DNA of 20,000 bases, taken from positions 52,099-72,098 of IMG/VR virus record IMGVR_UViG_3300042545_001275; one strand, given 5' to 3'. This DNA is from an uncultured virus (IMG/VR IMGVR_UViG_3300042545_001275). Its lineage: Duplodnaviria; Heunggongvirae; Uroviricota; Caudoviricetes. The position numbers were made by a program, and so were the translations under genes. The notes beneath the pieces were generated by a model that saw only the letters and a program-made list of their open reading frames with translations, was not told the DNA's origin and did not search any database. Positions 7,500-16,419 of this stretch are shown piece after piece; position 1 is the stretch's first letter; every line of letters starts with the position of its first letter.

Positions 7500-7851
7500 C
7501 AACATCCATTTTACCACCTATAGCATGCTTGTCAAGGATGTTGTCCACATTTTTAAAAAGATACATCACCAATTTGTCCATATTGTTCTTTAATTTAGCC
7601 AATTCCTTTTTATCCTTGATATTATTAGATTCTAACAATGGTTCTATGGTTTTTGATGCTTTTATAGCATTTTCTACTATCATTGCGAAACAAATTGGCA
7701 ATTCTCTTAACTCGTAAGGTAATAAATCTGGAGATTTATGTGTTTCTTTCTCTTCTTTTTTACGTTCTTTGAAATTTCTACTATCATTAAAATCAAAATT
7801 GATATTTGCAGATAAAAAACCAGTCGCATATGGAGAATCTTTGCTTCGCAT
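7489..7851 (-). CDS. Hypothetical protein (about 120 aa), late-promoter motif upstream
   Basis: Start reassigned to ATG 7851 (MRSKDSPY), which is preceded by GATAAATA and avoids overlap with the divergent gene. Confidence 0.65.
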   Translation of the reverse strand: MRSKDSPYATGFLSANINFDFNDSRNFKERKKEEKETHKSPDLLPYELRELPICFAMIVENAIKASKTIEPLLESNNIKDKKELAKLKNNMDKLVMYLFKNVDNILDKHAIGGKMDVDDK

Positions 7852-7856
7852 ATTAT

Positions 7857-7880
7857 TATTTATCAAATAAATACTAAATA
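7857..7880. promoter_or_regulatory. Back-to-back divergent late promoter motifs
   Basis: Minus-strand TAAATA at 7857-7862 lies before ATG 7851; plus-strand TAAATA at 7868-7873 and 7875-7880 lie before ATG 7880/7886. Confidence 0.55.
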
Positions 7881-8383
7881 TGAATATGAGCAATTTATAC
7901 GCTAAGAGATTCAAAATGATGTTAGAAGCTGATGAAGACCTTTCATTAGAAAGAGACGCTATGGAAGCTTCATTGGATGATAATACAGACCCAGCTCAAT
8001 TCGATGCTAATATTGATGATTTGGTGAAAGCGCAAACTGACATAGATGATGGCATTTCAAAAAGAAATGATCAAATAGTAACTGAATTGCAAGGTTGGAT
8101 TGATAATATTGATTCATTTTTGAAAATTCTTAATAGTGGAGACAGTGCAAGTATGCAATCAAGACTCGCGAACGCTGAACCAGACACTATTTTTGATAAA
8201 ATGAAGCAGTCCCAACAAACTAAAATATCCAGAGTTGCATCAGACTTAGCTTCTCTTCATCAGGCATTCCTTGGATTTATGGCACAGACCAAAAATCCAA
8301 AATATAAATATGTAGCTATTCCATTAGCATTTGGATTGAGTATGTTGGGCATGATTGGTCAAGTATCCTCATTTTTCTGTTAA
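7880..8383 (+). CDS. Acidic helical late protein, possible head/internal protein
   Basis: TAAATA upstream, N-terminal MMLE-AD (possible prohead protease site), acidic helical body and hydrophobic C-terminal tail. The start may be 7886. Confidence 0.65.
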   Translation: MNMSNLYAKRFKMMLEADEDLSLERDAMEASLDDNTDPAQFDANIDDLVKAQTDIDDGISKRNDQIVTELQGWIDNIDSFLKILNSGDSASMQSRLANAEPDTIFDKMKQSQQTKISRVASDLASLHQAFLGFMAQTKNPKYKYVAIPLAFGLSMLGMIGQVSSFFC

Positions 8384-8395
8384 TTAATATAAAAT

Positions 8396-9490
8396 TTAAA
8401 TTTTATTAAACAATAATTTAAATTTTACAATAGCCGATGGTCCACATTGGCTATTTTTTTTGATAAAATCTATAGGAACTTGATCTATTTTCTTATCAAT
8501 ACACAATTCATTGAAATCTTTAAACTGTTTATACTTCTCAGGCCAAATAAACACACATTCATCTTGTTCTAATAACACTATACTCTTTTTTCTTGCGGTT
8601 TCATCAATCCATTGATTGTCCAACACCCAAATCTTATTAAAGAACTTAAGTTCTTCCAATTGTTCCAACTGAATCGTTGTAAACTTGTGATACCCCTCGT
8701 TGATACCCGCTACAGCTACTCCATTACGCACAAAACAGGCATCCAGCGGTCCTTCGAATATAAATACATCATCTAGTGAAGGATCCACCCTTTCTATCCC
8801 AAAAATTGATTTATCGGAGTTAATTTTTGATAAATAATTTGGTTTTTCATCCCATTTAACAACTTTTCTGGTCTGATAATGAATAAATTTACCAGAAGTA
8901 TCTAAAAATGGTATAACTAATCTATTTTTATGATTAAAATCATTTAAAGATATATAAAATGCGCTTGGTTTATTGATTGCAGTGTCTAATCTACGAGATT
9001 TTAAATAATCTAAAGCAGTTTGAACTATATTATTATCTTTATAATACTCTAATTGAATAGAATCGAATAAATTAATGCAATCATCTGGTAAAGATGGGGT
9101 TTTTTTAACTTTAACAGACTCATTTATTGACATCACATCCAATAAATCATAAGAATCATCTGATATTTCACGACGAATTTCATCATAATTCATCCCAGAA
9201 ACACGCATAATCCATTTTAAAGGATTACTACTCCATCCACAGTTATGGCAATATATTAAATTATTTTCTGGTATATAAAAACAACGTTTCTTTTTTCCAA
9301 AACTTTTACCTTCTTTGCATATTGGGCAAGAACACTGATATGTATCATTGAATCTATTATGTTTTGGATAAAATCCCAACTCAAAAAACTTAGCTATTAC
9401 ATAATCAGTAGGTAATTCTTCAAGTTTTTTCGTTTTCTTCGTGTTGAGCCCTCGCAATATTGCGGACAAATTTTGGGAGTCTTTCAACAT
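8396..9490 (-). CDS. 61: DNA primase, T4 gp61-like
   Basis: Zinc finger CPIC...CHNC, RLVIPF, TOPRIM VFIFEGPLDA / WVLDN and KDFNE. ATG at 9490 (TTG at 9496). Confidence 0.92.
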   Translation of the reverse strand: MLKDSQNLSAILRGLNTKKTKKLEELPTDYVIAKFFELGFYPKHNRFNDTYQCSCPICKEGKSFGKKKRCFYIPENNLIYCHNCGWSSNPLKWIMRVSGMNYDEIRREISDDSYDLLDVMSINESVKVKKTPSLPDDCINLFDSIQLEYYKDNNIVQTALDYLKSRRLDTAINKPSAFYISLNDFNHKNRLVIPFLDTSGKFIHYQTRKVVKWDEKPNYLSKINSDKSIFGIERVDPSLDDVFIFEGPLDACFVRNGVAVAGINEGYHKFTTIQLEQLEELKFFNKIWVLDNQWIDETARKKSIVLLEQDECVFIWPEKYKQFKDFNELCIDKKIDQVPIDFIKKNSQCGPSAIVKFKLLFNKI

Positions 9491-9686
9491 ACTCAATTAT
9501 ACCTTCGTTTAAAGCAAAGTCAAACTTATCTAATGGTACTTTTCTATTTTCCATCAGTGGAGATGCTAAAAAATCATAATCATCTTCATTTTTTGATATC
9601 AAAATAAACATTTGACCAGCATAATCACCAGTTTGGACTGCGTATACATCTCCAAATCTTGGACCTTTTTTAAAAAAGTTAAACAT
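9420..9686 (-). CDS. Hypothetical small beta-rich (possibly SH3-like) protein
   Basis: In-operon ORF with ATG at 9686, just after the upstream stop at 9689. Confidence 0.7.
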   Translation of the reverse strand: MFNFFKKGPRFGDVYAVQTGDYAGQMFILISKNEDDYDFLASPLMENRKVPLDKFDFALNEGIIEYVERLPKFVRNIARAQHEENEKT

Positions 9687-9688
9687 AA

Positions 9689-9982
9689 TCAACCATCCAT
9701 TATTTTTCTGTTCATAAAATCTCCAAATTCTTCTATGAATGCATTGTCCAAAGCTGATTTATCCAGCTTTGTTTTGCTCATAGTGAGCCTAACTGGATTT
9801 CCATCTATATCATAACCTATCAACTTAAAACAAGTTAAAAATTCACTCAGCGATGCTGTAATGGCTTGATTTAATATTACCTTAGATGGTTTTTTTCTAT
9901 CATCTTTTAATTTTATTTTTAATGAATCTATTAAAAGTTTTTTAATTTCATCATCTGAATAATTGTCATCCCCATTATCCAT
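9689..9982 (-). CDS. Hypothetical protein
   Basis: Start reassigned to ATG 9982, preceded by TTAAATAATTAT (the same 12-mer found before 584). Confidence 0.7.
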   Translation of the reverse strand: MDNGDDNYSDDEIKKLLIDSLKIKLKDDRKKPSKVILNQAITASLSEFLTCFKLIGYDIDGNPVRLTMSKTKLDKSALDNAFIEEFGDFMNRKIMDG

Positions 9983-10006
9983 ATAATTATTTAATGTCAC
10001 ACAATA

Positions 10007-10354
10007 TTAAATTGGAGATTCTTCTTTTTTAAAATATACGTGGTCATCATACTTCTGAGGAACCATTTTTTCCAACAATGTTGTGATTATAATTTCCATC
10101 GAGCTTGTTTTTAAATTATAATTTTTTGGAAAGAATGACCCACCATCATTTATTTCAAACATGAGATCTCCTTTAAATTCTTTATTTTGATAACATGTTA
10201 TCATGACGCTTCTTCCGCCAGGATCTACCATAACGCTCCATTTTCTAGGATCTTGCTGTCCATAATCTTTAAATAATTTAATTGCAATGAATCCCGAATC
10301 GCGGAGTCTTTTTAAGAAATAACTAAAGGTTGATATTTTATTTTTATTATTCAT
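10007..10354 (-). CDS. Hypothetical protein
   Basis: 115 aa, 4-nt overlap with the clamp gene. Confidence 0.75.
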   Translation of the reverse strand: MNNKNKISTFSYFLKRLRDSGFIAIKLFKDYGQQDPRKWSVMVDPGGRSVMITCYQNKEFKGDLMFEINDGGSFFPKNYNLKTSSMEIIITTLLEKMVPQKYDDHVYFKKEESPI

Positions 10355-11073
10355 TTTACTAAACTTGATATAATATAATTTAGATAAACTTTTTCAAAAT
10401 TCAAGTTTATATTAGCAACTCCAAACTTTGTATTGATTTTAAAATTAAAATCATTGTCTTCTATGAAAGTTAAAAGACGTAAATTATCTAAATTTATAAT
10501 AAAATCAGATAATTCAAAATCTACATTTCCAGATGTTATACATATAACATCACTATTTGATGATGTTTTGTCTTGCAAACTCCAATATAATTGACCATCA
10601 TTTGTATATATGTATAGTTTATTAGAATCTGAAAACGCAGAATTGGTTTTTAACAAATTTTTTATGAAATTTTTAGAAACATTAAATTCTATATCATAAG
10701 ATATGCTTTTAATTTTCTCCAAACTCATTTTTGTTTTTGCAATGAGTCCATCTTCATATAGATGATATTTAAATTTTATCTTATTGCCTCTATATTCTAA
10801 ATTATTATTGTTTAAAATTAAAGTGATATCATCCGAACCATCGCACATTTTTAAAGCGCTTGATAGTTTAGAAACCGATGGAATGTTTAATACTTTTTCC
10901 TCTTCAAAATCGATTTCTGTTCTTCCCCACAATATTAAAGATGCGTCTTCGCTGTTTGATATAAAATAAATTTCGCCATTCTTAATATTAAGAATGGCGG
11001 TATCATTTATTTTAGATAATGATTCTAATAAAAAAAGAAAGTTACTTTTGTTAAGAATTATCTTCTGGCTCAT
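10351..11073 (-). CDS. 45: DNA polymerase sliding clamp, T4 gp45-like
   Basis: 240 aa with a PCNA/gp45-type pattern (LLESLSKIND..IL; LNIPSVSKL..AL; FIINLDNLRLL..DFNFKI; YIIS at the C-terminus) in a replication context. Confidence 0.75.
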   Translation of the reverse strand: MSQKIILNKSNFLFLLESLSKINDTAILNIKNGEIYFISNSEDASLILWGRTEIDFEEEKVLNIPSVSKLSSALKMCDGSDDITLILNNNNLEYRGNKIKFKYHLYEDGLIAKTKMSLEKIKSISYDIEFNVSKNFIKNLLKTNSAFSDSNKLYIYTNDGQLYWSLQDKTSSNSDVICITSGNVDFELSDFIINLDNLRLLTFIEDNDFNFKINTKFGVANINLNFEKVYLNYIISSLVK

Positions 11074-11494
11074 GTTGTATTAATGTAAGTAATTTATCAA
11101 TTTTTTTATTTAAATCTTCTAATATTTTATTCTGTTTTCTTAACAATTCATTTGTCGTCTCTTGCTCAGATTTATTGAATTTTAATTCTAACTGATTCTC
11201 ATCAACTGTAGATTGTGGTTGAATTTGAACTAGTTGTGGTGTTTGAGGAATCACAGGTTGATATGTTTGAGCAATTTCAATAGACTGAGGCGATATTACT
11301 GGCGTTTGACGCACTTGAGAGGATCTAAAATCTCTCTCAAGTGCATTTTTAATACCGCTAGATATCCCGCCATCCCTCATGCCATCAACTTTCGGTTGCT
11401 GATCATTGAAATACATTGAGTCTATATCCTTACCCAATGCAAACATTGGACCAGCAAATTCAATCAATGCTTGTTTTTCTTCGGGAGTCAACAT
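11051..11494 (-). CDS. Hypothetical protein, Gln/Pro-rich linker and C-terminal coiled coil
   Basis: 147-aa ORF tightly packed between the ssb and clamp genes. Confidence 0.75.
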   Translation of the reverse strand: MLTPEEKQALIEFAGPMFALGKDIDSMYFNDQQPKVDGMRDGGISSGIKNALERDFRSSQVRQTPVISPQSIEIAQTYQPVIPQTPQLVQIQPQSTVDENQLELKFNKSEQETTNELLRKQNKILEDLNKKIDKLLTLIQHEPEDNS

Positions 11495-11496
11495 AT

Positions 11497-12408
11497 TCAG
11501 CTATCGAGTTGATCTAACAATGCATCGATTTCATCATCGACATCTTCGATTTGTGGTTTGGTTTTTTTAACTTCTTTCTTTGCAGGGAAATCAAAAGGGA
11601 TTTCATCTTCTTCATCTTCTTGATCATATTTCGATGCTGTAGATTTAGCTACAACTGATGATGGTTTTGTTTTTTCAGTATCTGAAGATTTCCCAAAGAA
11701 ATGAGTGTTTAAAATTTCTTCAAGCTCGTCAAATGTTTTAACTGGATAAATCTGTTCAAGATCGTGAACCTTTGAATAGATATCCTCAATTTCTTCATCA
11801 TCAAGATTTAGAACTGGCTTGTTATAAAAGCCAGAAGATTCAAATGTGGTATAATCACCACGACCTTCCGCTTTGATCTTCAAATTAGCACCTTCTGGAC
11901 CAAGATCAAAGATACGAGCGCCAAACTCATCAGCACCATCGCCAGTAAGAGCGTCATCAATAATCTTCTTAATTTGTGGTCCAATCTTCAGAACTTTAAC
12001 GGTCCCATTGTTTTCTGGATTTGATGGATCATCAATAACATAAATATTAACAAACCAATTTTCCTTACGACGAATGATTTTACCAAGTTCTTTTTCTGAT
12101 TGATCTTCAGATTTAATAAGTTTCCAAAACGTTTCGGTAATTGGATCACGATCATTAAATGTTTGAAGAGATAGTGTTGAAATATAACTACCAGTCACCT
12201 TGCTTTTCCAACCATGAGTGTAGTGGTGGAAAAATGTCTTCTCTGGATCATCCAAATTTGGAATAAGACGAACGGTATATGTTTTCCCAGCAGGGAACTT
12301 CATTACATTCGCAAATGCACTGCTTCCAGATGATTCATTTGTTTTATTAAGAGCATCTTTGATTTTTTCAAACATGCTTGCATTGAATTTAGTTTTTGTC
12401 GTTTTCAT
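11497..12408 (-). CDS. 32: Single-stranded DNA-binding protein, T4 gp32-like
   Basis: VRLIP, HYTHGW, RKENWFVNIYVIDDPSNPENNGTVKV..G..I, FDL..GANLKIK and an acidic tail DDEIDALLDQL. Confidence 0.93.
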   Translation of the reverse strand: MKTTKTKFNASMFEKIKDALNKTNESSGSSAFANVMKFPAGKTYTVRLIPNLDDPEKTFFHHYTHGWKSKVTGSYISTLSLQTFNDRDPITETFWKLIKSEDQSEKELGKIIRRKENWFVNIYVIDDPSNPENNGTVKVLKIGPQIKKIIDDALTGDGADEFGARIFDLGPEGANLKIKAEGRGDYTTFESSGFYNKPVLNLDDEEIEDIYSKVHDLEQIYPVKTFDELEEILNTHFFGKSSDTEKTKPSSVVAKSTASKYDQEDEEDEIPFDFPAKKEVKKTKPQIEDVDDEIDALLDQLDS

Positions 12409-12414
12409 AGATAA

Positions 12415-12609
12415 TTATTGTTTAATTTTTTTAATGATTTTAATTGTTAATGTTATTATTATTAATGCTAATATTGATATACCAATCAAAGTTAGGATTA
12501 AGAATAATATCGGTGACATCACCCACATCCAACTTATATTAAGGATACCAACTAATTTTAGAAAAGCAAGAGCAAATGTCAAATATATAGAAACTTTAAA
12601 TATTGTCAT
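12415..12609 (-). CDS. Small two-TM membrane protein
   Basis: The LKLVGILNISWMWVMSPI pattern is common in small phage membrane proteins; it overlaps the upstream gene. Confidence 0.65.
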   Translation of the reverse strand: MTIFKVSIYLTFALAFLKLVGILNISWMWVMSPILFLILTLIGISILALIIITLTIKIIKKIKQ

Positions 12610-13249
12610 GTTTGTTTAATGTTTGTTTTATTTTTTCTATTGCTTGTTTTCCAAAAACTTTCATTTTCTTAGAAGACTGATATTTGTTTCTTGTGACTTG
12701 AAAGGTTTTCCAAAAATCTCCAAAAGCAAAATTCAGTATGTCTGAATCTACATCAATATTTGAAAATGTCAAGGCGTGTAAAGTGTAATAATTTATTTTG
12801 TGAGATTTCAAATGATCTATAAAAGATGGTAAGGTTCCTGTAGAATATGTTTTATATTTTTCCAAAGAAATATCACAGTCTTTGCAGAATTTCAATATAA
12901 ATTTTAAAGAATTTGAAAATCTCTCCAATGATTCTGAAGAATCTGGATCTTCAGAATTTAAAATTTTCATATAATTAGTATAACAAGTGATCGCCTTTAA
13001 TGTAGTATAGTATTCCAAAGAAAAATAAGTTTCATCTGGATATATTTTATAAGGAGCAATAAAGAAATAATCAATAACTACAGTTTTATTAGAATTTAAA
13101 AATTTTTCTATTTTTTGTAAAACTATAAGTTTACTCTCTTCTAAATTATCAAAGTTTTGTTTTTGTTTAAATGGTAAATTTTTTACTTTTCTAGATATAG
13201 CTAAATGACAATTATAAATGCGCTTTTGATTATCGTTTAGTTTTAGCAT
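12596..13249 (-). CDS. Probable helicase loader, T4 gp59-like
   Basis: 217 aa, basic, upstream of gp32 as in T4. A..Y..Y...L / F...L..I..F.K / ..I..L.S..I...T...L resembles my recollection of gp59. Not verified by search. Confidence 0.55.
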   Translation of the reverse strand: MLKLNDNQKRIYNCHLAISRKVKNLPFKQKQNFDNLEESKLIVLQKIEKFLNSNKTVVIDYFFIAPYKIYPDETYFSLEYYTTLKAITCYTNYMKILNSEDPDSSESLERFSNSLKFILKFCKDCDISLEKYKTYSTGTLPSFIDHLKSHKINYYTLHALTFSNIDVDSDILNFAFGDFWKTFQVTRNKYQSSKKMKVFGKQAIEKIKQTLNKHDNI

Positions 13250-13529
13250 TTTTTTTATTTTTATTACAACTGTTTAGATATTTTGTAACATACTTGCTCT
13301 TTACAAGACTTGGATCGAATTCCAAAAACAGTTTAACAACTTCATAGTCAGTGTCAATAGATAAAATGTCTTTAAGTAAATTTTTCATTTTTTCATTTTG
13401 TAATGTGAAAACGAAGACGTTCTGCACTGACATTTTCTTACCTTGGATATTCATAATAAACGTGCAGTAACACATAAACAAATGCATTTGTTCATTTTCA
13501 ATGAGTGTGGTGTACGGGGGAGCTATCAT
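13230..13529 (-). CDS. Hypothetical protein
   Basis: 99 aa, overlaps both neighbours in the operon. Confidence 0.7.
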   Translation of the reverse strand: MIAPPYTTLIENEQMHLFMCYCTFIMNIQGKKMSVQNVFVFTLQNEKMKNLLKDILSIDTDYEVVKLFLEFDPSLVKSKYVTKYLNSCNKNKKNAKTKR

Positions 13530-14383
13530 AATTCAATTAATGTTGTTGTAAAATCTAAAAATTTTTGAGTAAGTTTCCCACCAGAAGAATTGACACTTCC
13601 TCCTCCGTTGCAAATATTTTCTGCCATGAATTTTATATCAGCTGATGAGTTTCTTTTCTTTCTAAAAGAAACAAACTGAGTATTAACATTTACTATGATT
13701 GCAATTTCATAATCATAATTATCCAATAACGAATTGGCTATTTCATTAGCGCTTCCTTTAGCAAAAGTAGCAATTACACTGTGACCTTTGTACTCTCCTT
13801 GATATAAACATAAATTCTCAAGTTCAGAATTTAAATCTTTATAAAAAGATGATGATAATCTTAATTCAGATTCTGACAACTCTTGATAACCAGACCAGAA
13901 CTTGTTTACAAAGTTATAAAATCTATTATTTCCACTTTTTCTAAAAAGACCATTTAATATTTTAGCCTCTCTTGTTTTTAATTCATAACTATTATAATCA
14001 TCTACATAAACTATTAATTTTTTAAGGTCTGATGAAAATTCAAATTTATCTTTAAATTTTTTGTATAATAATTTCGTACATGATGTTGTATCGTCATCTA
14101 TCAATGTAGAATCATATACCTTTATATTTTCTTTTTTATCAGAAATAATAATAACTTTTTTATCATCAATTTTATTAATGGTATTTTGATCTAATGGAAT
14201 CCCAACTATGAATATTTTATCATATTTATTCGAATTCTCATTGAACCATTCTGTGTATTTCTTTTCAAAGTCTCCGAAAAATACACATTGATAATCAAAA
14301 TTGGATTTAGCAAACGCATTACCCAAAATAATAGTAGATGCAACTCCATCTAAATCACAGTTTGTCCATAAAAATACATTCAT
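13526..14383 (-). CDS. DHH/DHHA1-family phosphoesterase-like protein with degenerate catalytic motifs
   Basis: Motif I DLDG is kept, along with SCT.LLY and VSFR. Motif II D is replaced by G (IFIVGI), DHH by DKK and GGGH by GGGS. Confidence 0.8.
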   Translation of the reverse strand: MNVFLWTNCDLDGVASTIILGNAFAKSNFDYQCVFFGDFEKKYTEWFNENSNKYDKIFIVGIPLDQNTINKIDDKKVIIISDKKENIKVYDSTLIDDDTTSCTKLLYKKFKDKFEFSSDLKKLIVYVDDYNSYELKTREAKILNGLFRKSGNNRFYNFVNKFWSGYQELSESELRLSSSFYKDLNSELENLCLYQGEYKGHSVIATFAKGSANEIANSLLDNYDYEIAIIVNVNTQFVSFRKKRNSSADIKFMAENICNGGGSVNSSGGKLTQKFLDFTTTLIEL

Positions 14384-14400
14384 GTATTATATGATTTAAT

Positions 14401-15717
14401 TTAATTTGCAAATTTTTCAAGTAATGAAAGGTCTTCTTCGTTGATCATTTCTTCTTCTTCATCAGATTGAACGATACTCAATGTAGAATAATCAATTTTC
14501 ATGGGTTGAACCATTCCTCTCGGACCGTATCTATTTTTCATCATGCCCAATCTAATCAATCCCAATTCTTGATCTTCTTCATTTTGGAAAATAGATACAA
14601 TAACATCAGCGGTGGCTGCTAATCCTACAGATTCTGAAATTGTAGCCAAATCTGGATTGTCAGTATTGAAACCTGACTTGTTAAGCTGTGTAGCACTAAT
14701 AATAGGACATTTAAATATATAACTCATAGCACGAACCTGCTCACATATGTATTTCACACGTTCATAAGAATTAGAACCTATAGTGGAATGAAGCAAGTTA
14801 ACATAATCTATAACAATAGCATCTACTTTCTCGCCAGAATCTTGGAATTTTTTGACAAATGCTGTGAGTTGTTTCGGAGTAACTGTACTAGGAGGAAATT
14901 CTTTAATAAAAATTTTACTCTTTGGAAATTTCTCTTTCTCAGATTTCAAAAAATGTTGTAAAGATTTACAAGAAGATTGAAATTCTTTAAGTGGAATTTT
15001 TGTTATATTTGAACATATTCTTTTTGCGTATAACATTTCACTCATTTCAAGTGAAATGACAAGAACCGTTTTATTTTGTTTAGCAATGTTTGCTGCTATA
15101 TTACCAAGAAATATACTCTTGCCAATGTTTGTCTGTCCAGCGAAAATATATAATGATTTTCCATCTTCTCTAAAGCCTCCACCCAATGCATTATCTAACC
15201 ACTCCCACTTCGATGGAATTGTTTTTTCAACATTTGTAATATCGTCAATGATACGATCAGAATCTGAAAATATTTCTAATCCATTGTCAGTTACTAATTT
15301 AATATTGCATGATTTTTCAAACTGCTCAAGTATATTTGATGTGTCTACAACACCATCAGATACATCATTTGCAACTTTTAATAAAGTATGATAAACGCTC
15401 TTCTCTTTTAAGAAAATTTCAGTGTTTTCATATAATTCATCAATATCTAAATTTTTATCTAGATCTTTAAAAGATGATACGAGTTGTTTAAATCCTTCTT
15501 TTAAAGAATCTTCAACTAAGTATGACTTAATTTCTGTCATACTTGGCAATTTTTGCCTTTTATCGTAAAAATTTCTAACTATTTCAAAATATTTCGAAAT
15601 TCTTTTGTCTTCAAAATATTCGGGATTTATATAATCTGCAATTGCATTTAAGTAAGTTGCATCAATTAGGCATTGTCTTGCTAATATTTTTTCAAAATGT
15701 TCTAAATCAAGATTCAT
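14401..15717 (-). CDS. 41: Replicative DnaB-family helicase, T4 gp41-like
   Basis: Walker A AGQTNIGKS, SLEM, Walker B VIDY, SATQLN and KNRYG. Confidence 0.95.
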   Translation of the reverse strand: MNLDLEHFEKILARQCLIDATYLNAIADYINPEYFEDKRISKYFEIVRNFYDKRQKLPSMTEIKSYLVEDSLKEGFKQLVSSFKDLDKNLDIDELYENTEIFLKEKSVYHTLLKVANDVSDGVVDTSNILEQFEKSCNIKLVTDNGLEIFSDSDRIIDDITNVEKTIPSKWEWLDNALGGGFREDGKSLYIFAGQTNIGKSIFLGNIAANIAKQNKTVLVISLEMSEMLYAKRICSNITKIPLKEFQSSCKSLQHFLKSEKEKFPKSKIFIKEFPPSTVTPKQLTAFVKKFQDSGEKVDAIVIDYVNLLHSTIGSNSYERVKYICEQVRAMSYIFKCPIISATQLNKSGFNTDNPDLATISESVGLAATADVIVSIFQNEEDQELGLIRLGMMKNRYGPRGMVQPMKIDYSTLSIVQSDEEEEMINEEDLSLLEKFAN

Positions 15718-16369
15718 ATTTGTTCAAAAACCACTTTTCGGCTGCTTTCCACTCATCTGTAAACTCTTTTAATCCTGGAGATTCATGATTTATATAAATA
15801 TCTCCAACACCAACCTTATGACCCATATTATGGCAATTTAAAGAAAAGTCAAGATCATAAAAATGAGCCTTCGCTGGATTTGCAGTATCAAATCTTGCAG
15901 TTTCAATCACTTTACGATTCATTGCCATAAAAACACCATCCAACATAACCACTCTATGTGGGTATGGTCCAAAACTTGTCATATTTTTAATCGTTTCGTT
16001 TCCATGTGCTACCGCACCATGAAGATTCCCTCCTCCAAAACCACCACCCATGATGTGCCATAATGCTGGACTTTTTAAGTTTATTTGAGATGTTCCAGCC
16101 ACTCCAATCAAATCATATTTTTCAAATAATTTTATTAGTTTTGGAGTAGGGTCATATTCTAACCAAATATCATCATGAGCTAATACCAAAGCGTCCCAAT
16201 CTTCTTCTAATGCCTTATCTATAGCTTTATTATACGCCTTCGGTAATCCTTCACTATTGTTTAAATCAAAAGCTATATTTATATCTAAATTTATTTCTTT
16301 TATGCTTTTTAATAAAGCGGTATCTTTAGGGTCGGTTTTTCTAGTTGCTGAAAAGAACGCAATTCTCAT
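15707..16369 (-). CDS. GT-A glycosyltransferase-like protein (Glyco_tranf_2_5-like)
   Basis: GL..AYN.AI, LVLAHDDI, LIGVAG, LDGVFMA, HFYDLDFSL and HESPG. Confidence 0.8.
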   Translation of the reverse strand: MRIAFFSATRKTDPKDTALLKSIKEINLDINIAFDLNNSEGLPKAYNKAIDKALEEDWDALVLAHDDIWLEYDPTPKLIKLFEKYDLIGVAGTSQINLKSPALWHIMGGGFGGGNLHGAVAHGNETIKNMTSFGPYPHRVVMLDGVFMAMNRKVIETARFDTANPAKAHFYDLDFSLNCHNMGHKVGVGDIYINHESPGLKEFTDEWKAAEKWFLNKYES

Positions 16370-16375
16370 ATTTAA

Positions 16376-16403
16376 ACGATATCAGATCTATTTAATTTGT
16401 CAA
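16376..16403 (-). promoter_or_regulatory. Sigma70-type (early) promoter for the GT-helicase operon
   Basis: TTGACA-16 nt-TATCGT with TGn extension; the -10 ends 6 nt before ATG 16369. Confidence 0.65.
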
Positions 16404-16407
16404 TTTG

Positions 16408-16414
16408 CTAAATA
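16408..16414 (+). promoter_or_regulatory. T4-like late promoter motif (CTAAATA)
   Basis: Ends 5 nt before ATG 16420. Confidence 0.55.
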
Positions 16415-16419
16415 TATTC

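Noticed and set aside
13230..13529. gp33 late co-activator call based on position upstream of the gp59-like gene
   Set aside because: Synteny fits T4, but I see no sequence resemblance, so it is left hypothetical.
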